Source: an uncultured Planctomycetales bacterium (lineage in GTDB: Bacteria; Omnitrophota; Gorgyraeia; Aquiviventales; Aquiviventaceae). Taken from it: 58,360 nucleotides of DNA. Of the stretch, positions 39,184-47,521 are shown one piece after another. Where the stretch lies: contig CAYJWN010000001.1 in NCBI GenBank assembly GCA_964373835.1, positions 1 to 58,360 of the forward strand, written 5' to 3'. How positions within the stretch are numbered: the stretch's first letter is position 1; each line of letters starts with the position of its first letter. The position numbers were made by a program, and so were the translations under genes. The notes under the pieces are model-generated. The model did not search any database. It had not been told where the DNA came from and saw only the letters and a program-made list of their open reading frames with translations.

Positions 39184-40755
39184 TTATGCCGCCGCCCCCT
39201 GCAGCTTACGGAGTTGCTTCGCCGGGACCCGCGGGTGGTGTCGGAAGTCCGGAATGAATGGCTCGCCATGGCGCTGCCGCCACGCCTGCTCATACGCATC
39301 GATGCGCTTGAGATCCCGCTGGACCATGAGTTCCCGCAACCCCAGGAGTTCGACGGCGTTGAAGTTCTCGCTGATGACCGCGGTAATTTTCGTCGCATCG
39401 CCGAGATCCAGGAGGAACGCCTCTAAATCTCCGTCATATTGCTCCAGGATGCGGTCCTTGTAGGTGTAGTACCACTCAGAGCCTGGATAGGGGGTGGCGA
39501 AGAACGGGATGACTTGGATCCCCATCCGCTCCCACGCGTGGACGCTGTCCCGGATGCTGTCGAAGAACTCATCCGGAAACCCGACGATCTGGTTGGGGAT
39601 CGGGCGGATGCCGGCCTCGATGGTCCACCGCAACGACCGCTCATTCAGCGCCGCCGTCGTCCCCTTGCCCAGGTTCTTCAGGATGCGATCGGAAAACGAT
39701 TCGTAGCCGTAGAGCAACTGGCTGCAGCCCGAGTTGAACAGCGTCGCCAACAGCTCATGCTTCACGAGGGTGGCGTGGCTCGTCCCGCCCCAATGGACCC
39801 CGCGGCAGCTGGCATCATGGGGTTTTTTGTCGCGGCGGCAGGTCGGCTGTAGGCCTGCCTTGATCCACGCCTGCGCAATCTCCGGGAGCCATTTCCAATG
39901 GCTGTACGAGTTCATCGTCATGAGGTTCTCATCGAGGAAAAGAACGAAATCGATGCCGAAGCGATCCCGGGCGTACTTCACCATATCTACCACATACTGC
40001 GCGCTGTGCCAGCGGATCTCCCGCTTATAGGTGAACTCCACATCCCGGCCCTTGGGGCCCGCGGTGTACTGGAGATCTCCGGCAATGCCCAGGTGGAAAC
40101 AGAAACGGCAGATCAGCGAACAGCCGTAGCTGGCGTTAATGTCCAGCCGGCGCTTCGAGGTGAACGCTTCTTCGCTGTAGAGCAGCTTGCTGTGTTTCCA
40201 GTAGATCTCCAAGGGAAAGAGCTCCCACGCGGGGTAGGGCAAACGATCCAACTCTGCCATGCTGATGATGGGACGGATATCGGTGAGCTGAACCTGGCCC
40301 TTCGCGTCCCGATACGCAATGCCTTTCACCTGCGCCCAGTCCTGTTCGTTGCGGTCGACGCGGTTCAAGATCTCCGGAAAAGTCAGGAACGCCTCTCCGA
40401 TCACCCCGATGTCAACCTGCGGCAGGAACGTCATGACCTCAATCGGCATGCTCGTCAGCACGCCGCCCCCGAGGACGATGAGAGCTTCTGGCGCATGCCG
40501 TTCGGCCTCCCCGACGATTTCCTTGATGGAGCCGTAGCCGGTCGTAATGCTGCCGACCGCAACGATATCCCAGGCGTCGGCTTGCAGCGCCTCGCGCAAC
40601 GCCTCATCGCCCAACCGCCAGGCATTGGCGTCATAGACCTGCACTTGATGCCCCTGCCGCACCGCGATGGCCGCCAGGAGTGCAATCCCGTACGGGACGT
40701 GTTTCGGATCGTCCTCTTCGCGGATTACGGGATTGATGAACAGCACTTTCGCCAT
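39184..40755 (-). CDS. B12-binding-domain radical SAM enzyme
   Basis: MAKVLFINPVIRE...IVAVGSITTG (B12-binding-like Rossmann) and ASYGCSLICRFCFH (CxxxCxxC). GAGG lies 7 nt upstream of ATG 40755. Confidence 0.8.
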   Translation of the reverse strand: MAKVLFINPVIREEDDPKHVPYGIALLAAIAVRQGHQVQVYDANAWRLGDEALREALQADAWDIVAVGSITTGYGSIKEIVGEAERHAPEALIVLGGGVLTSMPIEVMTFLPQVDIGVIGEAFLTFPEILNRVDRNEQDWAQVKGIAYRDAKGQVQLTDIRPIISMAELDRLPYPAWELFPLEIYWKHSKLLYSEEAFTSKRRLDINASYGCSLICRFCFHLGIAGDLQYTAGPKGRDVEFTYKREIRWHSAQYVVDMVKYARDRFGIDFVLFLDENLMTMNSYSHWKWLPEIAQAWIKAGLQPTCRRDKKPHDASCRGVHWGGTSHATLVKHELLATLFNSGCSQLLYGYESFSDRILKNLGKGTTAALNERSLRWTIEAGIRPIPNQIVGFPDEFFDSIRDSVHAWERMGIQVIPFFATPYPGSEWYYTYKDRILEQYDGDLEAFLLDLGDATKITAVISENFNAVELLGLRELMVQRDLKRIDAYEQAWRQRHGEPFIPDFRHHPRVPAKQLRKLQGAAA

Positions 40756-40763
40756 GCTCAGCC

Positions 40764-41792
40764 TCAGGCCTCAACACCGCACCGAGTTCCGAGAAAGTCC
40801 TTGAGCGACGACCACTGAATCGGATCGCCGAACAAAATACCGCCCTCAGTGCAATTGTACGTTTGTGTGGCGGCCTGGGCCGCCATTTCCAGGAACGAGT
40901 CACGATACCAGTGGTACGCCGGATCAGTCACCCACGTTTCCTTGAGGTACGGGTTCGTGACCGGGATCAGCGCCTCCTGGGCCCGATCGCCGAAGAGCTC
41001 TTTCAGTTCCTTGTAGTACTGCGTCTTCTCCATGGGGGTGCCGGGCGCATAGCTGAAATCCATCCCCACAAGGGCCACCTCGCGTTTCTTGAGCACTTGG
41101 CTGGCCACCACCCACGCCGCCGCGCCGACGTTGCCGCCGCTGACCATGCACGGAATGCGGGTGCGCCGGTAGAGTTGGCGCGTGACGCTGTCAGGACGGT
41201 CAAAGTCATCCATGAGCGGATTCCACCAATAGAGGTTCATTCCGGATTCCTCACACCGCCGCCGGACGTTGGGCGCAACGCTGGTGCAGATAACGGCGCT
41301 GATCGACGGACCATGGCGATTCACCAGGCCGATCAGTTCCCGGTTGCGCTGCACTTCATCGACGCCGAGGTACGGATCCAAATCCTGCCGACGGAAATAG
41401 TCATCCCCGTCCTGACGAAACTCCAGGTCCGGATCGCCAAACCACCGGCACACCCTCGCTGGATGAGGATCGAGGCTGACGAGGTAATCAGGCACCAGGC
41501 CGTTGCGCAGGCAGTAGCCCAATGCTCCATCAGCTGCGATGATGTCGCCCTCGTAGCCACTTTCAAGGATGTCGGCGACCGGAGCCTTGCGGTGCAGACT
41601 CGGCCCGGCGCCGATGACGATCGCCGATGGTGAGCGGTTGGCGCTGACGCTGGCCGCCAGATCCGCAATGGTGAGACGGACGTGGGGCAGGTTCTGCTCC
41701 ACGTTGGCCAGCGCCTGTGCCGTTGACCGCTGCGCGGTCAGCGCGGCCATACGGCTAACGAGCTGTTGGGCGAGCGGCGTCATCCTTTTCAT
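40764..41792 (-). CDS. DUF115/MptE-like (motility accessory factor Maf core-like) protein
   Basis: AIVIGAGPSLHRK...IIAADGALGYCLRNGLVPDYLVSLDPH matches the DUF115 core as I remember it. Start is uncertain (ATG 41792, 41783 or 41750). The longer choices overlap the small ORF 41755..41961. Confidence 0.65.
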   Translation of the reverse strand: MKRMTPLAQQLVSRMAALTAQRSTAQALANVEQNLPHVRLTIADLAASVSANRSPSAIVIGAGPSLHRKAPVADILESGYEGDIIAADGALGYCLRNGLVPDYLVSLDPHPARVCRWFGDPDLEFRQDGDDYFRRQDLDPYLGVDEVQRNRELIGLVNRHGPSISAVICTSVAPNVRRRCEESGMNLYWWNPLMDDFDRPDSVTRQLYRRTRIPCMVSGGNVGAAAWVVASQVLKKREVALVGMDFSYAPGTPMEKTQYYKELKELFGDRAQEALIPVTNPYLKETWVTDPAYHWYRDSFLEMAAQAATQTYNCTEGGILFGDPIQWSSLKDFLGTRCGVEA

Positions 41793-41961
41793 CCATCCAC
41801 ACAAACGTGCCCTTCTTCATCACGAAACACAGGCTCCCCCCGAGCTTCGCCAGCGCGCTCTTCTCGAACTGATCCGTCAGATCCTTCTTTTTCGTCTTCC
41901 GGACCGCGAGTTCGCCCTTGCCCTTCGGGAGCCGATAGTTGCCCTTTAGGAATTTCGGCAT
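41755..41961 (-). CDS. Small Lys-rich hypothetical protein (68 aa)
   Basis: ATG 41961 is preceded by GGAGGG with a 7-nt spacer, directly after the legI stop. Sequence: MPKFLKGNYRLPKGKGELAVRKTKKKDLTDQFEKSALAKLGG... I recognise no family. Confidence 0.4.
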   Translation of the reverse strand: MPKFLKGNYRLPKGKGELAVRKTKKKDLTDQFEKSALAKLGGSLCFVMKKGTFVWMDEKDDAARPTAR

Positions 41962-41977
41962 CCGTCACCCTCCGTGC

Positions 41978-43030
41978 TCACTCGACCATCCCCCAGGTCA
42001 ATACCGTACCGGCGGCGATGTCCGTTTTCGCCGTTCGGCCGATGAGCTGCGGACGCAGCGCCGGCGGCAGGCCGGTGCCCGGCCGCTTGATGGCGATGAG
42101 CCGCTCCGTCAACCGTGTACCTGCCGGAATAGCCAAGGCCGCCACCAGGCTCTTGCGCGCGACCGCGGCGGTATCGGCCTCCCCGGCCGTCGGCCGCTTC
42201 TGTCCATCCCCAAGCGCAGCCTCCACCGCCCGGATGCCGCGCACCAATGCGGAAAATTCCTGAGGTTCCGCTGAGACCTGGTGATCTGGACCCGGCAACG
42301 ACCGATCGAGCGTCAGGTGCTTTTCGATCACGCAGGCGCCTAAAGCGACGGCGGCGAGCGCCACTTCGATGCCTGCCGTATGGTCCGAGTACCCGACAGG
42401 GACGTGAAAGGCGTCGGCCATCGTCTGCATCGCCCGCAGGTTGGCTTCGGCAGCATTGGCAGGATAACTTGACACACAGTGCAGCAGCACCAGCTGATCG
42501 TTGCCAGACTCGTGGATCGCCTGCACCGCAGCGTTAACCTCGCCCAGATCCGACATCCCTGTAGACAGGATGATCGGTTTCGCTTTGCGCGCCACATGCG
42601 AGAGCAGGGGCAGGTTCGTCAGCTCACCAGAGCCGATCTTGAACGCCGGCACCCCCACACCCTCCAGGAGATCGGCGCTGTCTTCATCAAAGGGCGTTGA
42701 GAGGAACAAGAGGCGCTGCGCCTGCGCCTGCGCCTGAAGTTCCGGAAACGTCGCCGGAGGAAGCTCAAGACGACGGATCATCGCCAACTGCGACTCAATT
42801 GCCTCGGTCGCCTTCCGCTGATACTCGGCCTTTGGGGCCACAGGACTCACGAGCCGTTCGGCCTTAAACGTTTGAAACTTGACCGCATCCGCCCCAGCCG
42901 CGGCCGCCGCATCGATCAGGCGTTTCGCCAATTCGACGCGCCCATTATGATTGACCCCGGCCTCCGCGATGATGAAACAGCGCTGCCCCGGACCCACCAG
43001 GCGGCCGGCGATCATCACGGGACTTACCAT
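41978..43030 (-). CDS. legI: Nonulosonic acid synthase (NeuB/LegI family) with C-terminal SAF domain
   Basis: RCFIIAEAGVNHNGRVELAKRLIDAAAAAGADAVKFQTF, GYSDHT, C-terminal SAF-like IKRPGTGLPP. Start is ambiguous (ATG 43039, 43030 or 43015). The ORF-track N-terminal ~143 aa is rejected. Confidence 0.85.
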   Translation of the reverse strand: MVSPVMIAGRLVGPGQRCFIIAEAGVNHNGRVELAKRLIDAAAAAGADAVKFQTFKAERLVSPVAPKAEYQRKATEAIESQLAMIRRLELPPATFPELQAQAQAQRLLFLSTPFDEDSADLLEGVGVPAFKIGSGELTNLPLLSHVARKAKPIILSTGMSDLGEVNAAVQAIHESGNDQLVLLHCVSSYPANAAEANLRAMQTMADAFHVPVGYSDHTAGIEVALAAVALGACVIEKHLTLDRSLPGPDHQVSAEPQEFSALVRGIRAVEAALGDGQKRPTAGEADTAAVARKSLVAALAIPAGTRLTERLIAIKRPGTGLPPALRPQLIGRTAKTDIAAGTVLTWGMVE

Positions 43031-43869
43031 GCGGTCCATCCCCCATCCACCACCAGGCTCTGTCCGGTCACATACGCGGACAGGTCGCTGGCCAGATAGG
43101 CCACCGCCCCCTTGAGATCTCCTTCCGTCGCCATGCGGCCCAGGGGTATACGCGCCACGTAGCGCTGGTGAAACATCTCCGGCTGGTCGCGCCAAATCCC
43201 ACCGGGCGTGATGGCATTCACCCGAACGTGCGGCGCCAACGTGGTCGCCAGATACCGCGTCAACTGGAGCAGTCCCGCCTTGGACACCCCATAGGCAGCC
43301 GGATTGGCCATGTCCGTACCCTCGTAGAGATGGGGATCGGGCGCCGCCAGGCCGTAGATGGAGGCGAAGAAAATCACCGTCCCATGCCCCGATTCGACCA
43401 ACGCCTGCTTGGCTTCTTGGACCATGACAAAAGCAGAAGTCAAGTTCACCTGCATGGCGGCGTTCCACGCCTCTACGGTCTGCTGGTCAAACGGCACGGC
43501 CCATCCCGGCACGGGCGTCGTACCGACGTATGCCGCGCAGTGGATGAGAATTCCAATCCCACCCATCGACTCATGGGCCTGGCGAATCGCGCGGCGGGTC
43601 GCCTCCTCATCGCGCAGATCGCAGGGCAACGGCACCGCGCGTCCGCCCTTCGACGACTCTCCAAGCGATTTCACCCGTTGCTCCACCGCCGCCCCATCGT
43701 GGTCGAGCACGGCGACGCTGGCTCCCAACTCCATCAACGTCTCACAGATCACGGAGCCGACGTGCCCTGCCCCTCCTGTCACGAGCGCCTTGCGCCCGGA
43801 CAGGTCCATGAGTTGGGCAAGCGACCGTGCGCTGCGTGTGAGGCTGACGTCCGAAGCGGAGCCTCTCAT
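43024..43869 (-). CDS. Short-chain dehydrogenase/reductase
   Basis: KALVTGGAGHVGSVICETL, YGVSKAGLLQLTRYLA. ATGA overlap at 43866-43869. Confidence 0.75.
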   Translation of the reverse strand: MRGSASDVSLTRSARSLAQLMDLSGRKALVTGGAGHVGSVICETLMELGASVAVLDHDGAAVEQRVKSLGESSKGGRAVPLPCDLRDEEATRRAIRQAHESMGGIGILIHCAAYVGTTPVPGWAVPFDQQTVEAWNAAMQVNLTSAFVMVQEAKQALVESGHGTVIFFASIYGLAAPDPHLYEGTDMANPAAYGVSKAGLLQLTRYLATTLAPHVRVNAITPGGIWRDQPEMFHQRYVARIPLGRMATEGDLKGAVAYLASDLSAYVTGQSLVVDGGWTAW

Positions 43870-44612
43870 CGCACCGGACTCTCGCTGAGCCACGGCAGCA
43901 CAATGCGGCCGCTTTTCACCAGCAGCTCTGCGCGCTCAAACTGCTCCACGGTGTCGATCGACATCGCGCGTGATTCCGGGATTTCGTACAAGCGGTGCCG
44001 GCCATCCTGACGCCACGAGCGCGCCGACCGCACGAAGGCTGTGCGCCACAGGTAGAGCGAGCCGTTGATGCGGTAGACCGGCCGCACGTCCTGCCGGCGC
44101 TCCACGCGGGCCCCCTCCTCGAAGAGATCCCCCATCCACCCGTCTCGCTCCACGACACAATGCCAGATCGGGTTGAACTCCGGTCTCGACACCCCAATCA
44201 CCCCATCAGCGCGTGGCTGTTCTTGAAGGCGGCGCATGGCGCCGGAGATATCGGCAGGTTCTCGGGCCGGCGAGGTCGGATCCAGGAGGAGCAACAGATC
44301 ATACGACGCCGCTTCACGCGCCTCCACATGGGCCAGCGCATGCTGAAGGACCGGCCAGATCGGCGTGTCATCCTGGGCCAGCGCCGCCGGACGCACAAAC
44401 GGCACGTCGGCGCCGAAGCGCACCGCGACCTCGGCAATCTCCGGCGAATCCGTCGAAACGATGCACCGACCAATCTCAGGGCACAACTTCGTATACAAGA
44501 TCGTATGGGCAATAAGCGGCAGCTCCGCAAACGGGCGGAGGTTCTTGCCGGGCAGCCCCTTCGACCCGCCCCGCGCCGGAATAACTGCCAGGATTTTCGG
44601 CGCCGATCTCAT
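43866..44612 (-). CDS. legF: CMP-nonulosonic acid synthetase (acylneuraminate cytidylyltransferase, NeuA/LegF-like)
   Basis: ILAVIPARGGSKGLPGKNLRPFAELPLIAHTI. ATGA overlap at 44609-44612. Confidence 0.85.
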   Translation of the reverse strand: MRSAPKILAVIPARGGSKGLPGKNLRPFAELPLIAHTILYTKLCPEIGRCIVSTDSPEIAEVAVRFGADVPFVRPAALAQDDTPIWPVLQHALAHVEAREAASYDLLLLLDPTSPAREPADISGAMRRLQEQPRADGVIGVSRPEFNPIWHCVVERDGWMGDLFEEGARVERRQDVRPVYRINGSLYLWRTAFVRSARSWRQDGRHRLYEIPESRAMSIDTVEQFERAELLVKSGRIVLPWLSESPVR

Positions 44613-45592
44613 GGATACTCCACCCGTTCCTCGCACCGTTGCGCTGACGAGCGCCGAGCGGCGTCACAAACCGCCAACGCGCTCACCCCGTCGTCCCCTG
44701 TGGCAAGCCGTGGGTCATGCTGATCCCAGGACGCGTCAAGGAAGGCGCGGGCCTGGGCCGCAAACATCTTGTCACGGGTCTGGGCCGGACGTTCTACGTG
44801 AACCGGTTTGACGTCCGCTTCGATGGTCGCGGTTCCGGCCACCCCATCCCACTCAATCGTTCCGCGCTCACCACGAACCGTCAGACGCCTGCAGGACGGT
44901 CGCGAGAGGTAGTCAAGTTGCACAGACACCACACACCCCGTCGCTGTTTCCCAACTCACGTCCGCAAGCTCCTCTGCCTCAATCCCTAGCCGCCCAAAAT
45001 TCTTAAGACGTCCTTGTAGGCGCTGCGGCCAGCCGAAGAGCCAGCCCGCGTAGTCAATCTCGTGGATCAGGTCCCGGAGGACGCCGCCCTCGTGGGCCCG
45101 CGCGGAGTACGAATCTTGATACGGCCGGTCCGGCCGCCACTCGGGCAGGTACGACTGACAGGTAATCCGCACCGCGTGCAACGGACCCAGCTCCGGCAGC
45201 CACTCCCGGCATCGGGTCAGCGACGCGGAGAATCGCAGCACGCAGCCCACGAAGACCTGCCGTCGCAGCTGGAGCGCGCGCTGAAGCAAGCGATGACCCT
45301 CCGGTGCGTCTGTCGCCAGCGGCTTCTCGATGAGAACCTCTAGCCCGTGCTCCATGGCCGTCAGCGCGTCCGCGGTGTGTCGGCCGGTGTCGGTCGCCAC
45401 CACACAGTGGGAGGCTCCCTGCGCAGCCGCTTGGTCAAGATCCGCGGTGACCCTGTACCCTCCCCGCCGCAATGGGCTGAGGCGCTCCGGGCGCACCGGA
45501 ATCGCCAGGGGCTGCACCCCCGGCATCTGGCGGAGCACCTCGATATGACGCAGTCCGATGGTCCCGGTCCCGAGCACGGCGACAGTGGTCAT
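44609..45592 (-). CDS. Gfo/Idh/MocA-family oxidoreductase
   Basis: MTTVAVLGTGTIGLRHIEVL Rossmann N-terminus, with GAGG 7 nt upstream of ATG 45592. The alternative ATG 45655 would form an ATGA overlap with the upstream stop. Confidence 0.7.
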   Translation of the reverse strand: MTTVAVLGTGTIGLRHIEVLRQMPGVQPLAIPVRPERLSPLRRGGYRVTADLDQAAAQGASHCVVATDTGRHTADALTAMEHGLEVLIEKPLATDAPEGHRLLQRALQLRRQVFVGCVLRFSASLTRCREWLPELGPLHAVRITCQSYLPEWRPDRPYQDSYSARAHEGGVLRDLIHEIDYAGWLFGWPQRLQGRLKNFGRLGIEAEELADVSWETATGCVVSVQLDYLSRPSCRRLTVRGERGTIEWDGVAGTATIEADVKPVHVERPAQTRDKMFAAQARAFLDASWDQHDPRLATGDDGVSALAVCDAARRSSAQRCEERVEYP

Positions 45593-45651
45593 CTGGCTGC
45601 CTCGGCTGGTACGAGGCTCCTCCCTTCGGCGGTCGCTGACAACCGCACGGT

Positions 45652-46359
45652 TCATAGGAGTCCTCCGTTGATATCAAGGACTGCGCCGTTGATGTACGAG
45701 GCCGCGTCACTCGTGAGGAACGCGATGGCCTGGGCGACTTCGCTCGGCTCAGCCAACCGGCCGAGCGGATTCGCGCGCGCCGCCGACCGGAGGCGAGCCC
45801 TTGGCACGGCGCGCAGTAACATCTCGGACCTGGTTTCCGATGGGCAGATGCAGTTAACCGTGATATGGTTTTTGCCAAATTGGGCCGCTAGCTGACGGGT
45901 CAGGCCGATGACGGCGTACTTTGAGCTGGTATACGCCAGGGAGGCGCTTCGACTGTACGAACGCCCCGCGATGGACGACAGGTTCACGATGCGCCCATAG
46001 CGCTGCCGGCGCATGTGGCTCAACGCCTGCTTGCAGCAGAAATAGGTCCCGATGAGATTCGTCCTCAAAACAGCCTCCCAGTCCGCCAAACGCAACCGCA
46101 GCGGGTCGGTCATTGACACGATACCGGCGCAATTGACTAGAATGTCGACCCGTCCTAATCGCTCGACGATCCGGTGGAACGCCCGCGTCACCGATCGCTC
46201 CTCTCGCACATCACAACGGATGGATGTGTCAGTTTCGGCAAGAGACCGCGAGAGGCCGACGGTCCGGACGGCTTGCGCTCGGAACAGTTCGAGAGTGGCT
46301 CGGCCGATCCCACTGGACGCTCCTGTGACGACGGCCACCCGAGACTCCTCACGCGACAT
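45652..46359 (-). CDS. Short-chain dehydrogenase/reductase
   Basis: VAVVTGASSGIGRATLELF, NCAG, YTSSKYAVIGLTRQLA. Confidence 0.75.
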   Translation of the reverse strand: MSREESRVAVVTGASSGIGRATLELFRAQAVRTVGLSRSLAETDTSIRCDVREERSVTRAFHRIVERLGRVDILVNCAGIVSMTDPLRLRLADWEAVLRTNLIGTYFCCKQALSHMRRQRYGRIVNLSSIAGRSYSRSASLAYTSSKYAVIGLTRQLAAQFGKNHITVNCICPSETRSEMLLRAVPRARLRSAARANPLGRLAEPSEVAQAIAFLTSDAASYINGAVLDINGGLL

Positions 46360-47521
46360 AGACGTGTTCCATGTCCCTCGCCCCGCAGGCCAGCCGGATC
46401 CCCGGCGTCTCGCTGGTGCACCGGATCTCATGCGTCAACCCGCGGGGCAAGGAGACGACATCGCCCTGCGTGGCGGTCAGCACCGTCCCATCGCCGAGGT
46501 GCCACTCAAAGGTCCCTTCCAGGACAATCCACCACTCGGCATGGGTCACATGGCAGTGCTTGCGCGCCCCCTCGCCGGGCCGCTGGCAGATCAAGGCGAT
46601 TTGGTCGGTGGGGCTGTAGACCAGCAGATAGAGCCAGGGGGCCGGTCCCATCCGTTGCTTGATCGCGTCGAGGTTGCTGAGCCGTGTGTTGGCTCCTGAA
46701 TCCTCAAACCGTGCGACCCCATCACGCCCGATCAGGTCGTGCAGGCACCGCTCGATTCCCAGCACGCGCTCCGAGAAGCGAAACTGTCCCAGCCGTTCCT
46801 GCTGACGACGATGCTGGAGGCATGCCTCGATCATGTAGAGGTCATCCCACGTATCAGCATCCAGGGCCTGGATGCGATCGAGGACAAACGTCCCGGTCTT
46901 GCCGCAAAAGGTCGGGCCGGGCTCGCGCGGGTCGTTCCGCTGATACGAGGCCATGAACGAGGCCGTCTTCCAGCCGGAGAGCGCCCAGGTGATGAGCTGG
47001 ACCGGCTGCAACGTTTGCGTCGGATCTTTCTTCGAAGCCGAGAAGTTCAACGGCGCACCCTGATACAAGGTTTCAGTGTATCGCTCCTCCACGGACAGGA
47101 GTGAATCATAGCCGTCCCGCTCGAGGGTCTCCATGAACGTCTTCAGCGTGTCCGACTTCACCAGCGGCGAAGTCGTGTGGACGAGGGCCAGAGCACACGG
47201 TTCGCGCTGCTCCATGAAGTCATAGAGAAAGTGGTCGTGCGTCTGGCATCGGCTCCCAGTGCACTGACGCGATGCGTTGCTCATCAGGCAGGTCGAACCT
47301 CCTCGCTCCGGCCGGCGGCTGTAGAAGGAGACGCCGAGCATTGAGGCCATGGTCCCGAAGATCTCATGCTCCGAGTTGATGTAGATCTCGTCGAACACCC
47401 CGCTCTCCTGGCAGACCCGCGCCGCATAGAAAGCCAGCGGTGCCCCATCCACCAGGAGAAGGTTCTTGTCCGGAATCCGGGTGCTCCCTAGCAGCGCCGG
47501 AATCAGCGCGATGCGCTTCAT
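46349..47521 (-). CDS. Fusion protein: NeuA/KdsB-superfamily cytidylyltransferase domain plus C-terminal cupin domain
   Basis: MKRIALIPALLGSTRIPDKNLLLVDGAPLAFY (CTP-transferase type 3). There is a Cys-rich insert CLMSNASRQCTGSRCQTHDH. C-terminal cupin: HCHVTHAEWWIVLEGTFEWHLGDGTVLTATQGDVVSLPRGLTHE. ATGA overlap at 47518-47521. Confidence 0.7.
   Translation of the reverse strand: MKRIALIPALLGSTRIPDKNLLLVDGAPLAFYAARVCQESGVFDEIYINSEHEIFGTMASMLGVSFYSRRPERGGSTCLMSNASRQCTGSRCQTHDHFLYDFMEQREPCALALVHTTSPLVKSDTLKTFMETLERDGYDSLLSVEERYTETLYQGAPLNFSASKKDPTQTLQPVQLITWALSGWKTASFMASYQRNDPREPGPTFCGKTGTFVLDRIQALDADTWDDLYMIEACLQHRRQQERLGQFRFSERVLGIERCLHDLIGRDGVARFEDSGANTRLSNLDAIKQRMGPAPWLYLLVYSPTDQIALICQRPGEGARKHCHVTHAEWWIVLEGTFEWHLGDGTVLTATQGDVVSLPRGLTHEIRCTSETPGIRLACGARDMEHVYVA

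Noticed and set aside
45592-45655. Longer start (ATG 45655, ATGA overlap) for the Gfo/Idh/MocA gene
   Set aside because: Not firmly rejected. The 21 extra residues (MNRAVVSDRRREEPRTSRGSQ) precede the Rossmann strand, and ATG 45592 has a GAGG 7 nt upstream, so I annotated the shorter form. Overlap-coupling elsewhere in the array keeps the longer form plausible.
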